Shown: one piece after another, positions 9,594 through 23,013 of the stretch
Layout of the letters: each line of letters opens with the position of its first letter
Numbering within the stretch: position 1 is the first letter of the stretch
DNA from: Halocafeteria seosinensis
Taxonomy: Eukaryota
Direction of reading: 5' to 3'
Length of the DNA: 63,039 nt
Assembly: GCA_001687465.1 (NCBI GenBank)
Contig: LVLI01000481.1
Coordinates: 1-63,039 of the forward strand
Notes under the pieces: model-generated
The model's database searches: none
The model's input: only the letters and a program-made list of their open reading frames with translations
What the model was told of the DNA's origin: nothing
Made by a program: the position numbers and the translations under genes

Positions 9594-10123
9594 CATTGTA
9601 TGAGAGCAGTACATGTATCCAACGGTGACCCAAGTTGGCAAGTTAAAACACAACTCGTATATGTATATTAAGTTGATAAAGAGCATATAGATAGTAAAGT
9701 ACACCGGTTAAATTACAAGTACCGGTATGCGACTTGTCCAAATCCCGCGGATTCCCGGAATCGCGTCCCAGTGCGCCAACAAGAAGCCATACTGTGTATT
9801 TGATTTGTGAACGGGACTTCACAGTCATCAACGAAACACAACGACCCAAAGGCTAGCCTAGGATACCGGGAGGGAGATGCAAAGTATTGTCGTTCCTAAG
9901 TCAGTGGGTTAGTTTTACACTCATCAGCGACTTCGCCTGCGGCCTGCCTCCTCAGTCAGTCGTCTTCAATTCGACGTCGTTCGCTGTCAGCCTGTCGCAT
10001 CCTGGGAATCCAGTCGGGTCTGGATTGTTTCAGGAGTAATCTGAGGTGTTGTTTGTAACAAATAACAGTGCCCGTTACGTTCATACGACTGGGACAATAC
10101 TGCCTGCATATGGTCGGAGGTGA

Positions 10124-12325
10124 ATGACTGAGATGGTGCTCCGCTGTGCACTGGTGGCGCTCGTGTTAGCCCTCTCTATCCCTTCCACAGTACAATTCCC
10201 TTCCCATGGCGGTGAGAGTGTCATTGCCGATACGGAATGTGGACAAGTGAGAGGAGTATTCAATTCAACTACACTGGTCTCATCGTTCAAAGGCATCCCG
10301 TTCGCCGCGCCACCGACAGGAGAGCGTCGATGGGCTCCTCCCGTCTCGAGGAAGCAAGCTGGCATGTGTTGGGGCGACAATGGCACCATTCTGGATGCCC
10401 AGGACTATGCACCCTACTGCGTTCAGAGTGGCCAATTTCAACATGGAGGTCAGGAGGACTGTCTGTATCTAAACGTTTGGACAGTCAAAACAGGTGGTCA
10501 CAGCAAGGTATGCAGAGAATTGAGTAGAGCGCGCTATCCTTTAGTAACGATTCTCACCTCCACCCTGTGTGCAGTCTACTACAAAAACAGGTGGTCTAAG
10601 CAGGAAAAAGACTTCGTCGTCAGACTTATTGCCAGTAATGGTTTACATTTACGGAGGGGACTTGACGGATGGTCGAACGAATTCGTACCCAATGGATAAC
10701 CTTGTTCAAGATGGGCAAGTTGTTGCAGTCAGTATGAACTATCGATTGAATCTTTTTGGCTTTCTAGCGACGAAAGAACTTACCGAAGTGAGCTTTACTT
10801 GCCTGTCTGTAACCGATGGATAGATATCCGGGAGTTAGAGCATTTGCACTGTATCTTATCTCGCAGACATCCGAGCGTGGCTCTTCTGGCAATTATGGAT
10901 TCCAGGATCAGCAACTGGCTTTGCAGTGGATTCAAGATAATATAAAAAACTTTGGAGGAGATCCGGCGCGTGTTACCTTATTTGGCCAGAGCTCTGGGGG
11001 AACAAGTATATTTGCTTTAATGTCATCTCCTCAGTCAAAGTAAGGACGTTATATGCTACCCAGTAGTAGTAGTCGTCTCTGACAACCCATGGTTTACGGT
11101 TGTTCCCGTACAGAGGATTATTCCATCGTGCGATCAGCCTCTCTGGATCGACCAATTTGACCATGGATTTAGCAACGGCTGAAGAGCAAAATGCGAATAT
11201 TGTGGATGAATTAGGTTGTTCAAGCCTAGCGACACCTGGCAAAGTAGTCCAGTGTATGCGAAACAAGACTACGGAAGAAATCCAAAAGGTCGTTCCAAAA
11301 ATATGGGACACGGTCAAAAAGATCTGGGCTTTTCCTCCAGAGGAGGCAGCGTCGAACCCGAAAGGGCTAGACTTACCAGGTAAGCTAGGTACCTGGCGAG
11401 TGGCCCACGTTTGTCGGCTATCTCAGATAACTGCGTTGCATATTTGTAAATGCGCAGGTGTAGCAATTGTTGACGGCAAAGTCGTCACCAAACCACTTAT
11501 CCAGGCACTAAAGGAGGGCATGGTAGACGTTCCTTTCATATTGGGCAGTCTGGCTCAGGAGCCGGACGCGCAGCCAGGCCGTATTCTATGGGATAGTCCA
11601 GTTAAGGACTTCCAAGAACTAGTTAATCAAACGTTTAGGCCTTGGGGAACAGGCACTGGGTCCAAAATCTTAGATATTTATGCCAGCGACTTAAAGAGTG
11701 GCGGCCCACAGAAAGCATACGACTCTATATTGGCGGACTATGGAGCCAATTGCGCCAACATAGATGTAGCGAAGACGGCAGCACAGGGATTCTCTTCCCC
11801 GGTATATTCCTATGTTATCACCCAGTGTCCGGTCAAACCAGTTTGGAATTTTGGTATGTGGTGTTATTACGACGTCCCGGTTATGCAAAGTTTGACCACA
11901 CCGTTCTCCCTGCAGATCCTAAATACCAAAACCGATTTTCGTTTCATAGCTTCGATGTTCTAGCAGGACTTAAGGCGTATGGACTCTTCGCTTTTACCCT
12001 CGGATTGCCAGTATACACTCCGCATGAATGTGATCTTCAGTTTGGAGATATCATCCGCGCAGGTTGGGTTCAGCTCGCGTACAACGGGCGATTGGATTCC
12101 AAGAGTCCTGGGGGTTGGCGAGCAGTTAACGATGTACCAGGGTTTCCTTCAAACTACAATGTCGGAATCATTGGAACTACGGTCAATGGCTGTGATCGGT
12201 CCCCATCGGAGGCTGTAGCCACAAAGTGTGATGCGAAATCCCAAACCCAAACTAATTTTAAGGATGACATCTGCACATGGTGGAACTCCAAGGGCTTCGA
12301 TCAGAGATTTTGGTGGAGCAATTGA
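10124..12325 (+). CDS. Secreted type-B carboxylesterase/lipase, multi-exon
   Basis: Signal peptide. FKGIPFAAPP, EDCLYLNVW, PVMVYIYGG, NYRLNLFGFL, GNYGFQDQQLALQW, catalytic GQSSGG, joined across GT-AG introns. Confidence 0.92.
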
Positions 12326-12489
12326 GATTTACGTCCACAGAGTATAATTGGGATGCGAATCCCACATGGATTGTAAGGGCAGTATCCGCAAACGGTGGCC
12401 CTCCAATGGCTTCGTCCTTTGAGTAGTCGGTAGAAGAAATAGCAACAGTTTCTCAACGGCTATCTAACCTCTTGCCGAATACTTCCATT

Positions 12490-13704
12490 TCAACTTGTTT
12501 CTTGCTTCGACGCAATGCTTTTGCCGCCGCTTAGCGGAGTGTGAACTCCTGTTGTTCCAGGGAAGGTAAAGGGCTTCCTGTCAAGTGATCGAATAGCCAA
12601 ATAGGCCATTGCACAAGCCTCCACTGCATCACCATCCCACCCGATTTCATCTATATCTTGTAGTTTCACGCCACCATTATCCACAGACAGCCGCCGCTCT
12701 AGCTTGTCAATTATAGTGTCATTCTGTCGTCCTCCCCCACATAGGATCCATCTCCTCGGAGTATTAGGCATATGTTTACCTGATACCGCTATCCCCGCAG
12801 CTGTAAATTCAGCGAACGCGGCAGCAATATCATATACGGACAGTCCAGACGATTTGGCTTCCTGTAGGAAGCGGGTGAACTTGTTTCTATCGAGGGACTT
12901 GGGGGGCGCCTCTTCAAAAAACGGGTCGCGTAACCATTTGTTGATCAGGTTTTCAGGCACAGTACCGAGTCTGGAATAGATCCCGTCTTCGTCATATGAC
13001 TTGCCAGGAATATGTTCGTTGATCCAGTCATCCAGTAACGCAACTCCTGGGCCCACGTCAAACGCTAGAATATCTGAGTTCTCGGAGGATGCATCGCCAA
13101 TGTAAGTGACATTAGCAACTCCTCCAATATTGACAAACACCACAGTATCTTTTCTATGTTGCTGTATATCTCGCAAAGCAATGGCGCGATGAAAAATTGG
13201 AACAATGGGCGCACCTTGTCCACCATGCCGAACATCATTGGATCGGAAGTCGTGAACGACGGTAATTCCCGTAAGTTCGTGCAATCTAGCCACATCTCCT
13301 ATTTGGAGCGTGTAGTGCTTTTCAGGAGCATGAGCTACCGTATGGCCATGGAATCCAATAACGTCAACTTCGCTGGGAAGGAAGTGATTCATTTCCAACA
13401 CCATCCTCACGGCATCGGCGTGGTAGTCAGCCAACTTGGTTGACACCTCCTGGATTTTCGGACGGAGTGTTTTGGGAACGCTGTCCCACATGCTCCCTTC
13501 ACTCGAGTTTTCATTTTCCTCCTCAGGAGCACTATGAAAACACTGGCGCAGTTCTTCTCGAAATTCAGCACTGTATGGTATGGTGACGAATTCTCCTACC
13601 TGATCGATCTCAGCTTCGCCGTTGGTGCGAAGTAACACGGCGTCGATTCCGTCCAAGGACGTACCGCTCATTAATCCAATAGCTAATCGTGTTTCAGACG
13701 TCAT
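12490..13704 (-). CDS. anmK: Anhydro-N-acetylmuramic acid kinase, intronless
   Basis: IGLMSGTSLDGID, IGFHGHTV.H, DFRSND..HGGQGAP, NIGGVAN.T, FDVGPG..LLD, PPKSLDR, CGGG, VEA.AMAYLA, PGTTG. First ATG at 13704. Confidence 0.93.
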   Translation of the reverse strand: MTSETRLAIGLMSGTSLDGIDAVLLRTNGEAEIDQVGEFVTIPYSAEFREELRQCFHSAPEEENENSSEGSMWDSVPKTLRPKIQEVSTKLADYHADAVRMVLEMNHFLPSEVDVIGFHGHTVAHAPEKHYTLQIGDVARLHELTGITVVHDFRSNDVRHGGQGAPIVPIFHRAIALRDIQQHRKDTVVFVNIGGVANVTYIGDASSENSDILAFDVGPGVALLDDWINEHIPGKSYDEDGIYSRLGTVPENLINKWLRDPFFEEAPPKSLDRNKFTRFLQEAKSSGLSVYDIAAAFAEFTAAGIAVSGKHMPNTPRRWILCGGGRQNDTIIDKLERRLSVDNGGVKLQDIDEIGWDGDAVEACAMAYLAIRSLDRKPFTFPGTTGVHTPLSGGKSIASKQETS

Positions 13705-14660
13705 ATTTTGCACAGCTCAAGAATTCACCATGGCATGTATGAAAACGCAACGCAAGGGGGGTGGAGGATACAACAGATCGTTCACGTGCGTTACCTGTAC
13801 CTAAATAAGAGAGAACAGGTACATGCAAAGTGCTGGATTCGGTCATATTGAGCATTTATCAAGCAATCGTGATGTACTAGGACAAGTCTACCACTGGTAT
13901 CTTTAACGCGTCTTGTTTGTGAAGTGGACGTCCTAGAGTCTCGACCACGCCGTCAATGCCACTGTACAAGTAGCAGACTGTCCTCGAAATCCTCAACACG
14001 GCTACATAAAGTAAAGTGAAGGTGGTGAATAGCATTTGAAGAGGATGGCGACAGCTACCTCGAGAGGTAGCGACGTTACTCGCGGCGGCGACAGCATTGC
14101 TGACACAATGGATCGGATGGATACCACTACCAGGACTAACACACCATCAGCCTGGCAGACCGAGCAGTGTGGGAATCCGAACTCAGTGCACCCCTGCCCC
14201 CGTTTTCGATATCTACTCAAGATTTTCCGAGGAAACGAGGATATTATCCACCTATTGTTACTCATGTTGGCAATAGGAAAATGACTCGGGAAAATCGAAC
14301 TCCAATGAAAAGGTTACTCGCGAGGTTTCTTTTCGCCTCCTTTCCAAAATTTGGTCCGGTCTCCGAATTGAGTGAGAACATAACGTTTCCGTCTAGCGTA
14401 GCATGTAGACTGGACTTCTTCCAGAGAACGAGTTTGTATTATTGCTCGTCCTTGCGGCACAACGCGAAAGGGTTTAGCAGTCAGAGTACATGTGTAAATA
14501 GACGTAGCCGTAGCTACTCTACAAATGGCAAGTGATCGTGTGGACGAGTTGGCGTAGACTGTTCATGTAGAAGGTGCCAAGCTCTATCGAACGGCCCTAG
14601 TGAACAACAGTTCTGGTACCGCAACGTACGACCGTCTATGCTTAGGGCACGATGTAGAAT

Positions 14661-17600
14661 CTATCCCATCGGGCCTCCTTCCTCATCCGGTGCGTGCAAC
14701 TGATCTTTCATTTCCGCTGGTTGTTCGGCTGTCATAGCATAAGGAAACTCTTCTTCACCTGAAACGGGGACGTCTTGTTCCAGAGTTGTTTCAACTATGT
14801 CCTTTTCGTTGGCCGGTGGAGCAGCACACATTTGTGCTTCATTTTCTTCTTCCCAGCGCTGCTGACGAGCTTTCCATCGTTCAGGAGCATACAACGCCTC
14901 CGCTTCCGCAACAGCATCCCGTAGTTGCATTCTTCCAAACTTCATATTCTTAAGTTCCTCACGAAGAGAATGTAATTCTTTTTCGTATTCTTCGTCCTCG
15001 TCATAAGACTCCTTATCCTCCTTGCTGTCTACTTGTGTTGTCTCTTCCCCCTGCGACTGCGTATACTGAGCAACTAAATTGGACGCATACCTGGCAATTT
15101 CGTCCTTATCTTCAGGCATTGTTTCGTCTGTTTCATCTTCATCGGCGTTGCTTGATTGATTCTCGTTTGGCAAACCCATTGAGAACCGATTTTCTTGCTG
15201 CTTACGGCTTTCAGACTCTTCTTCCGCCGAAGACTGTTTTGCGGTTGCGGTTGCGGTTTCTTCACCCGAACGAAGGTTCCATTTTGACTGACGGGAGGGA
15301 TGAGGCGAATAATGGTTGTCTTCATCTTCATCAGAGGTTCCGTCGGAATTCTCCAAAAAGTTCTCAAGTTCACTCTCCGGGACATCTGTCTCCAAATGGA
15401 ATTCGTTTCGGAGCTCTCCAACCAACTGCAGATCGCAGGAAAACGCCGAGCGTGAACTGATCTACAGAAGTCATATATGTTACAGTGTAATAACGCTTAC
15501 CTTTTCAATATCCTCTCGAGAAGCCATTTTGTCCTCTGAGATGGTCGATTTACATCGCGCTGATTCTATTTCGATGTCTTTCCTTGTTATCGGTCTTTGT
15601 GCAGTGGCTATAGACTTCAGCTCGTTGAAATTACTGCTACTGCGCCTACTGGATCCCCTTCGAGATGATTGCCAGCTCTCGTATTTCGATTTTGCTTGCA
15701 GATATTCCTCCACAGCAGAAGAAGCCGTGGAATCTGCAGTAGGTGGGCGTCGGAGAGATCCCTGGTTCTCGGACCCGTTGGAGGGCAAGTCTTGTAGCAC
15801 TGCCTCATGCTTCCTGCTCGACAACGACGACAGCGCAGAGTCAATCATTTCCAGTCTTCTCGTTTGCCGTTTCTCCAGACGCTGTTTCCGTTGCTCTTCA
15901 ATAACTGGATCGCGACCCACACGAGAACGTTGGTCCGATGTTTGAGACGATCCAGAATTTCCGCGAGGAGTCGGACATTGCGATGCGCTTTCGTGTTTCG
16001 TATTGACAGAAAAAGCAGCTGAGGGTGGTCGCGACCTTACATATGGGTTTTCGTCTGTGCTGAACACGTGATCACGAGCCAATCTCCCATTATCTTGTTT
16101 CTTATCGTCAGTGCGCGCTGTACCGCCTTCCGGATTCTCCGGGGACTCCTCATAATCTTCATATATTGCAGATAAGCTACCAATATTATTCTGCTTGTAA
16201 TTTTGGCGGTAGTTTCCTGTGTTGCTTCCTGCATCATCAAAAGGATCCTCTTCGACCATTGTCATGAAGAACGGGAAGAGCTTCAGCTGCGCAGCATGAA
16301 GCGAGTTGCTATGTGTGCTTGCTTTATCCGAATATTCTGAGTATGCACTCAGTTCTTCGTCCAACTTGGACATTCTCTCCTTTACGTTATGTTTTATTTT
16401 GTACGCGTTGCCTTTCTTTCTCTTAGAGGATGCTCTCGAGTTGCTAAACTCACTTGAATTCCACTGCTCCTCCGACGCAGGATGACTGGCAATGTCACGA
16501 GAAGCTGACTGCTCCGTCTTGCAGCTTCGACTCTTGATGTCAGACTGATTAGTTTCACCTTCCTCGTCGCTAGCCTCCCCCTCTGTGCTCGTATCGGTTT
16601 CTTCCTCCAGCCAAACGCGTAATTTCTCTTCCTCCTCCTCTGTTAGACGTTTCGACGGATGTCCAACGAGGTCCTTATTGCGTTTTACAAAGTCCTGGGA
16701 ACCTCCTGTGCCACCCGACCGCTTTGTGTCATGACCGTTTGGAGAGTCGATGTAAGAGTGAGAGTCGGGCGAGTAACCAGCATACTCTCTCTCTTCGTTA
16801 GTAGAGCGCGGGCTCACACCTAGTTCGTTTTGAAGGTCTAATTGCAGTTCACCTGGAGTAGTGCTTGTTAATGTCTCCTCTGGTATCTGATACGTTGACA
16901 TGTGATTCTCTTTGTCTACACGCTTGTCATCCTTTCTAAGCTGGGGGTTGTGGTGTGTTGGGATACTCTCTGTTTGTTTAGAGCACGTAAAAGGGGTACT
17001 CGTAACAGCATTGTGAACGGTATCAGGAGCAACGTTGCTGCTATCCATTGTAGACCGGACGTGCTCATCTGAAACGTTGTTGTTTCCAACCATTTTTCTT
17101 GTCATCCTACTGCTGAATCCAAGTTTTTCATACAATGCCTGGCGCTGCTTTAAGCTTTCAGCTTTGCGTTCTTCTTCCGTCGCATATATTTGCTTCTCAT
17201 ATTCTTCTTGAGATTGCGAGGCCTTCTTCGCTCGCTGGGACCAAAACAAGGCAATAGAGACGTGCTCAATGAGTCATACGTGATTGATAACTACACTATA
17301 CAGGATTAACTTACATCGCTGACTTCCAGAAGTTGTCTATCCAGATTGCGTATCTCCTCCATACCCTTCTCCATCAATCGCCGTTTTTCTTGTTGTTCTT
17401 GGGATTCTTGTTCCTCTGGTTTAAAGGAATGTTGTCCATTTGAGGCAGTTTCATCATTATATGAAGCTCTCTCCATTTGCTTGGCTTCTTCTTCTTCTCC
17501 CTGTTTAGTCTCCGTGGCGTCCTTCGATTCACTTTGTTGCCCCCTCTGTCGTAGGTTTTTTTTTGCCGGTAACTCGATGGGGGATCTCGGGCGTCCATCA

Positions 17601-18196
17601 GTACGTTCCACTGTGTTTGAATGGGACTTTGCGTCGGTTTCCGTAGACTGCAATTTAGTAGAATCCCCAGGTTTCCTAGTTTTGACTATTCCCGTTTTAT
17701 CCGCTTTTAACTTGGTAGGATTCTGCCGCAAACCGTGGGAACTTCGAGAACGGGATACTGCACCTCCGAACAATTTCTGGGCAGCAAAGTTCCTCTGTTT
17801 GTTCAACTGTACTTGATGCTGCTCTCGCTCTTCGTCTTGACCTGGAACATGCTGCTTAGTGGTCTTCTTGTACCTAGCTCCTCCTTTCGCATGGGGATGT
17901 TTCGTTTTATCGCTGGTCGCTAGTGAATCACTTCCGTAGTCTGCTGTGGCGCTGTTTCTTCTCCTCTGTTGCTGCGGCTCATTTGAGCGGAGGTCCTTCT
18001 TATAAAATGATGAAGCACCTGCTTGACTGAGAATCCCCGAGGAAGAGGTATTTCGCGTCATAGAGCTAGAAGAAGCATGAACATGTTGTGATGCTGGAGT
18101 TGAGGCCGGGGTACTGCTGGCCGATTCAGGTCTCGAGGACGCCGAAGTTGGGCGCCCTGAGCCTTGTGAAGACAGACTCTGCTCTAGAGCATCCAT
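14661..18196 (-). CDS. Large acidic/low-complexity protein with FSIP1 (fibrous sheath-interacting protein 1)-like motifs, 3 exons
   Basis: ORFs 17306-18238, 15480-17249 and 14661-15425 are joined by short introns. Motifs GMEEIRNLDRQL, DFVKRNKDL…LTEEEEEKL, ERMSKLDEEL, RRLEMIDSAL. Confidence 0.6.
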
Positions 18197-18393
18197 GATT
18201 CTGTGTGCATGAAACTTATGTGACAGACAGGGAAACAATCAAGCCAGAACCAGGGCTCAATGTACAAACGGCTGCCATATTGAAGCCAACTTCAACATGT
18301 CAATTTTTTCTCACACTCGTTATTGGGCCGATTTTTATCTTTCAACAGTACGATATAATCGAGTGTTTGAAGAAGATCCATTACGGAAGAATC

Positions 18394-19587
18394 ATGATGT
18401 CATCTTCATCTCCCACCCATGTGGCAAATACTGCCGGAAATGGTGCCAGTAATCGGAGTGCTACACGCCGATACCGCAACGCATCCAAAGCCGAAGTCCG
18501 AAGCGAACTCAAGCAACACCGTGAAAAAAGGATGACCCAATTGCATGCCTCTCCCCCAGGAGCTCAGAAACAACAGGGATGGGCTTCTTCTACAACGTCT
18601 TCTGGAGTTTCCCCGAAAAAGGATTCACGCACCTCGGCGTCAACGACAAGTGTGAAATCCGCGACGTTGGGATCGAAGCCAGCTCCCTCCGCAAATAAGA
18701 ACATGTACGGATTCGGTAGGCACGGATCGTACGATTCAGAGAGTAATATAGCTTCTAAGGAGGTTTCAATTTCAAGAGAAATGCTCAATGAGTTTCAGGA
18801 ATGCTTTGCATACCACGATGACCACAGGTCAGGATTGGTGGATGTATCCCAGTTTCGACAGGTACGTTACACCAACCATGGTGATGGAAAGAAATACCCT
18901 TGGATCATGGTATGCTCGTTGTTGCAGATAATAACCTCGCTAGGCTACTTATTGCAAGATGAAGAATTCCGTTCCATTGAGCGTGTTGTGGACTCGAGCT
19001 TCGGTGGACTACTGACGTTTGGCAACTTCTGCAAACTCATGCTTACTATGGTTATTCCTGCGGTCAACAAGAAAGAAAATGGTCCTGCCAAAGTCAAAGA
19101 TGCTTTTCGAGTATGTATCAAACTTGTTATTCGTAGTCGCTTATTAGTCGGTCATATGGATCTCGAGTCGCGCGTGTGTGTGTGTGCACCCGACAGCGTT
19201 ACAATAGGCTCTTCTATGACGTGGACAGCGATAAAATTGCTGTGGGAGATTTAGAGACACTTATGATGAGAAGAGGCAGTCATGTAAGGCTCATTATTTT
19301 ACATGGACGTTAGTACAGTGCACAATTCATTGTTCCGTGTCATGGTGCACAGCCGTTGAATCCCTCCTCTTTTAGAGCACTAATAGATTCGGTTAGTGTA
19401 GACGATGATTATACCGTGCATGCAGGTAAGACCGAAGTAGGCAGCTCAGATTTAGTGCTACTCGCTCTTTAAAGATTGACGATGTCCTTTGGTTCCCGCA
19501 GAATCTCTGGTCAACGTTATCCAAGATGTTCGAGGCTTTAACAGTGTCGCTGAAACAGCCGTGTCTGCCTCAGAGACTCACTCGTAG
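18394..19587 (+). CDS. Divergent calmodulin/centrin-like EF-hand protein with N-terminal extension, multi-exon
   Basis: EFQECFAYHDDHRSGLVDVSQF, DSSFGGLLTFGNF, VKDAF. GT-AG introns lead to TAG at 19585-19587. Confidence 0.7.
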
Positions 19588-19700
19588 ATCCACAGTATAT
19601 CTCCCATTAATGACAACAGCGGGGTATCAAGAGGCTATTGCCTACTTTTGCTGTCTTGGCTGGTCCGTAACAATTTCCTTCAGCAGCATCCCTTCGTTCT

Positions 19701-20090
19701 TTACATCATTGCCCTATACACGGAAAGTGCAAAGAACCCTGTTGACATCGACAGTAACGCTATTCGATGTCCAGACTGAGAAACGGGGACTTTGGCCCTT
19801 TCATGCAATAAGTAAGCTCCCACACCTGCACATCCGACGCTCCCTGTAACCTTACATGCCATGCAGTCTTGCTGATGTCCTGTAGACGTCGGAGCGGCTT
19901 CCGTCGCCGAAGCATCGGGGCTAGTGATTCTCATCAAAGCACTCCTGAAATATCCTGCTGGAACACTGGGCATCCAAGACGACGAATTCTTTCCCCGAAC
20001 TGTCCTTGCACCCGAAGCGACTTCGTCCTGGTCTGATGTATAAGTGTTATGAAATCCATCATCTCGGTCACCGCGTTCATCTCCTGCCAT
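19701..20090 (-). CDS. DUF4536 / DMAC1-like small membrane protein
   Basis: DCMACKVTG…GVGAYL followed by a second hydrophobic helix ending FALSVYR. Confidence 0.75.
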   Translation of the reverse strand: MAGDERGDRDDGFHNTYTSDQDEVASGARTVRGKNSSSWMPSVPAGYFRSALMRITSPDASATEAAPTSTGHQQDCMACKVTGSVGCAGVGAYLLHERAKVPVSQSGHRIALLSMSTGFFALSVYRAMM

Positions 20091-20584
20091 TTGAGTTTTC
20101 CTCGATCTCTCGCGTGCGCTCCTTTCACAGTTTTGGAAAGAACATGGAAAATGGCAACTCTCAACCCAGTTCACTGAGTTCAGGTTAAATTAGCTCTGGG
20201 AAGGCTTCAAGTTGAAGTACGGATGCCGGGCGAAGTGCCAGTATGGCAAACTGGCGATGCTAGCCTACAGTCTGCTACAGAACCAATGTTTGGTGTTTGA
20301 CAGTACAGGATACGTCTAGTAATTCGATAACAACTTTAAGCATCGAGATATTGCCAGAAAAAGCGTCATGAGTATACATGATTGCATGAGCCGCATATCT
20401 TTTTTGAATTTGGACGACATCCACCTAGTGAATATACTGCAGGTAAGGTTTTACCCAAGCCTTCTCAAGAGTTGACCAATTTTGAATCCACGTCTTGTAC
20501 GCAGATTGTATCAAAACCGTTTCAGGAACGGCAGAACGTTTGAGCGCCGAGTACCTGGATAGTCGGTTCCAACTCAGCGTTATC

Positions 20585-21477
20585 ATGGCTAGCTCAGCTC
20601 GCACAGGTGCTCTTCCTCCCGCGGGAGAAATAGCGGCTAATGCAGCAATGACTGAAGGTTTTGCCAGACAAAGGGTACGACAGGAGAGGAAACAGTGGAA
20701 ACGGGACCACCCGATGGGATTCGTTGCTAAACCTCGCGCAAACCCAGATGGCTCAGTCGATCTGATGACATGGGACTGTAAGATTCCCGGTAGTGATAAA
20801 GTAAGTACGCTTCTTCCTTGATAGATACTCCACCGATGTCGTCTCTTTCCTGTTCTGGTGCTGTTTAGCGTTTGAGGAAGAGGAATTGGTTTTGGGTATT
20901 TATGTTACCCATTCTATTCGCAAGTACAGGGTCCCTGGGAAGGAGCGGTGCTCAAATTAGTTATGGAGTTTCCTGAGCAATTTCCGGTTTATCCGCCATT
21001 TTGTAAGCGAAAGCAGCGTAGCATTGCAAGGCTGTTCATGTCAGTTGTGTCATCGCGCTGTTTCATTCATTGCTGCTGCAGGCGCGTTTCAGGAAGAAGT
21101 TTACCATCCAAACGTATATCCGGATGGGGAAGTATGCTTTAGCATTCTTGCGGGTGACTGGTCGCCTAGTTTGAGCATCAAGTCGGTACGTACTTTTTTG
21201 TTACTTGCTCCGGTTGCCACTCTCAGCCTGAAGAAGTTCGTTTACTGTTCCAAGCAGGTACTGTTGGGCATTCAGGAACTCTTAGACAACCCGAACATAG
21301 ACAGTGCAGCCCAGGACAGCCCAGCAAAACTGTACCGGTAAGTTTTGATTCCGTGGTATGTGGACTCAAAGGTAACCAACTTTAACTTTACAAGTCCTCT
21401 ATCTCAGTGAGAGCCTCGCTAAATATGAGGCAAGGGTTCGGCAGTTGGTGAAGCAACGACACCTGCCGGACAAATGA
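20585..21477 (+). CDS. UBC9: SUMO-conjugating enzyme E2, paralog 1 (5 exons)
   Basis: [19 protein letters not shown]…[40 protein letters not shown]. Introns start at 20801, 21003, 21186 and 21338. Confidence 0.9.
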
Positions 21478-21741
21478 TGAAGGACTCTGTCTCTACCCTG
21501 TTCATGGCAATGTTTGCGACATTCAAGGTATAGCAGAACTGCATACAAATGTCGCGCACTCATGCTACTTCAGGGAGTTTAGTCTTCTGTCAAGTGCTGG
21601 AGCTCCTTAAGTATTCGTTGCGCGCTTACTGCCGCCTGTTCCGATAGAAAACCGATTTAATATATATGACGATGGCAAGTTTAGTGTATTATTTGACTTA
21701 AATATGATTTCCACAAGGTCCGTGCGAGGGTGATTGGGTGC

Positions 21742-22654
21742 TTAGCCTCGGCTGTACCTTTGCGCAAGCTCCCGAACCTTCTCCTTGTACCGTACAGGAT
21801 CATCTCTGCAAGTATACGTAGAACAATACCGCCCGGTTCGGACAAGAGGGAGCAGTCACCATAATTCTTGACTTACCGGCACATTCGGAAAGGCTCAGCC
21901 TGAGCAGGATCTCCCAAGTTCGGGTTATCGAGAAGTTCTTGGATTCCCTCTAAAATCTGAACTAATACAACCGGGTCAAAACGCGCGAAAAATGGGAATG
22001 AAGTAACTACAACCACGTACAGCTCGGACATTTAAGCTTGGAGACCAGCCAGCTTCAGACAGGATGCTCAAGCACACAGTCCCAGATGGGTAAACGTTCG
22101 GATGAAATAGCACAGGTTTGAAGACACCTGTGGCGGGAGCATGCTTATTTTGTAGATGCCGCTCAATTGCAAAGCTCCTTATTACGGGCACGTACATTTT
22201 GGTGGTTTGGCAGGAAACTCTTCGTCGAATATCATGACTAAATTGTAAGATGCCCCTTCCCAAGGTGTCTGCGTACAGAAACACATGTGATTCAGTAGGC
22301 AAAGAATTCAAACATTCTCCGCAGACGTACGTTTGGTTTCCCTGGTATTTTGCAGTCCCAGGTCATCAGGTCAACTGAGCCATCCGGTTTCGAGCGCGGC
22401 TTGGCTACAAAGCCAACAGGGTGGTCTCGCTTCCATTGTTTTCTTTCTTGACGTAATCGCTGGCGGCAGAAGCTGTTGCTGTCAGCGTCACTCTTCGCTC
22501 CACCGGCGGCCGATGCTGAGGCATACTGATTTCCACCATTGGTTGACGCCGAAGCAGAATAGAAAGCAGAGCCTGAAGAAGAAGAAGAAGGTAATGCTGA
22601 AGGGGCTCCATTATGGGGACCATCGCCCTCCACCAGATCCACGGTGGTGCTCAT
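21742..22654 (-). CDS. UBC9: SUMO-conjugating enzyme E2, paralog 2 (5 exons)
   Basis: [64 protein letters not shown]. Confidence 0.92.
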
Positions 22655-23013
22655 ATTTGTTTGTTGTTTCTGGAGTAATTACGCAAGCAAAATACAATAA
22701 TTACACGAGAACAGTTGGATACGTTTCGCCTTGGTAATAGCTCTACTACTTTTTCATCCATTCGAATGTCTACATCATGACATACACACTAGTTGTTCTA
22801 CGCGTAGTCGCCGGGCGAAAGTTGCAACTTGCTGGTTTGAATTGCGTGTGAAGTAGGACAACTTTCACTTTGAACCCGCAATTGAAAGAATGTTCAAGAC
22901 GCACGAATCTGTTTAATTTGTCCTGTTTGGCTGAAAAATTAGACACTACATAGTGAAAGGGATTTCTTTCAGCAGCGCGTTTTGAACGAGGTGTTGGTAC
23001 CGGCTCGACCAAT

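Noticed and set aside
13714..14660. Short ORFs upstream of anmK as possible co-transferred bacterial genes (e.g. murQ)
   Set aside because: No similarity to peptidoglycan-recycling enzymes; looks intergenic.
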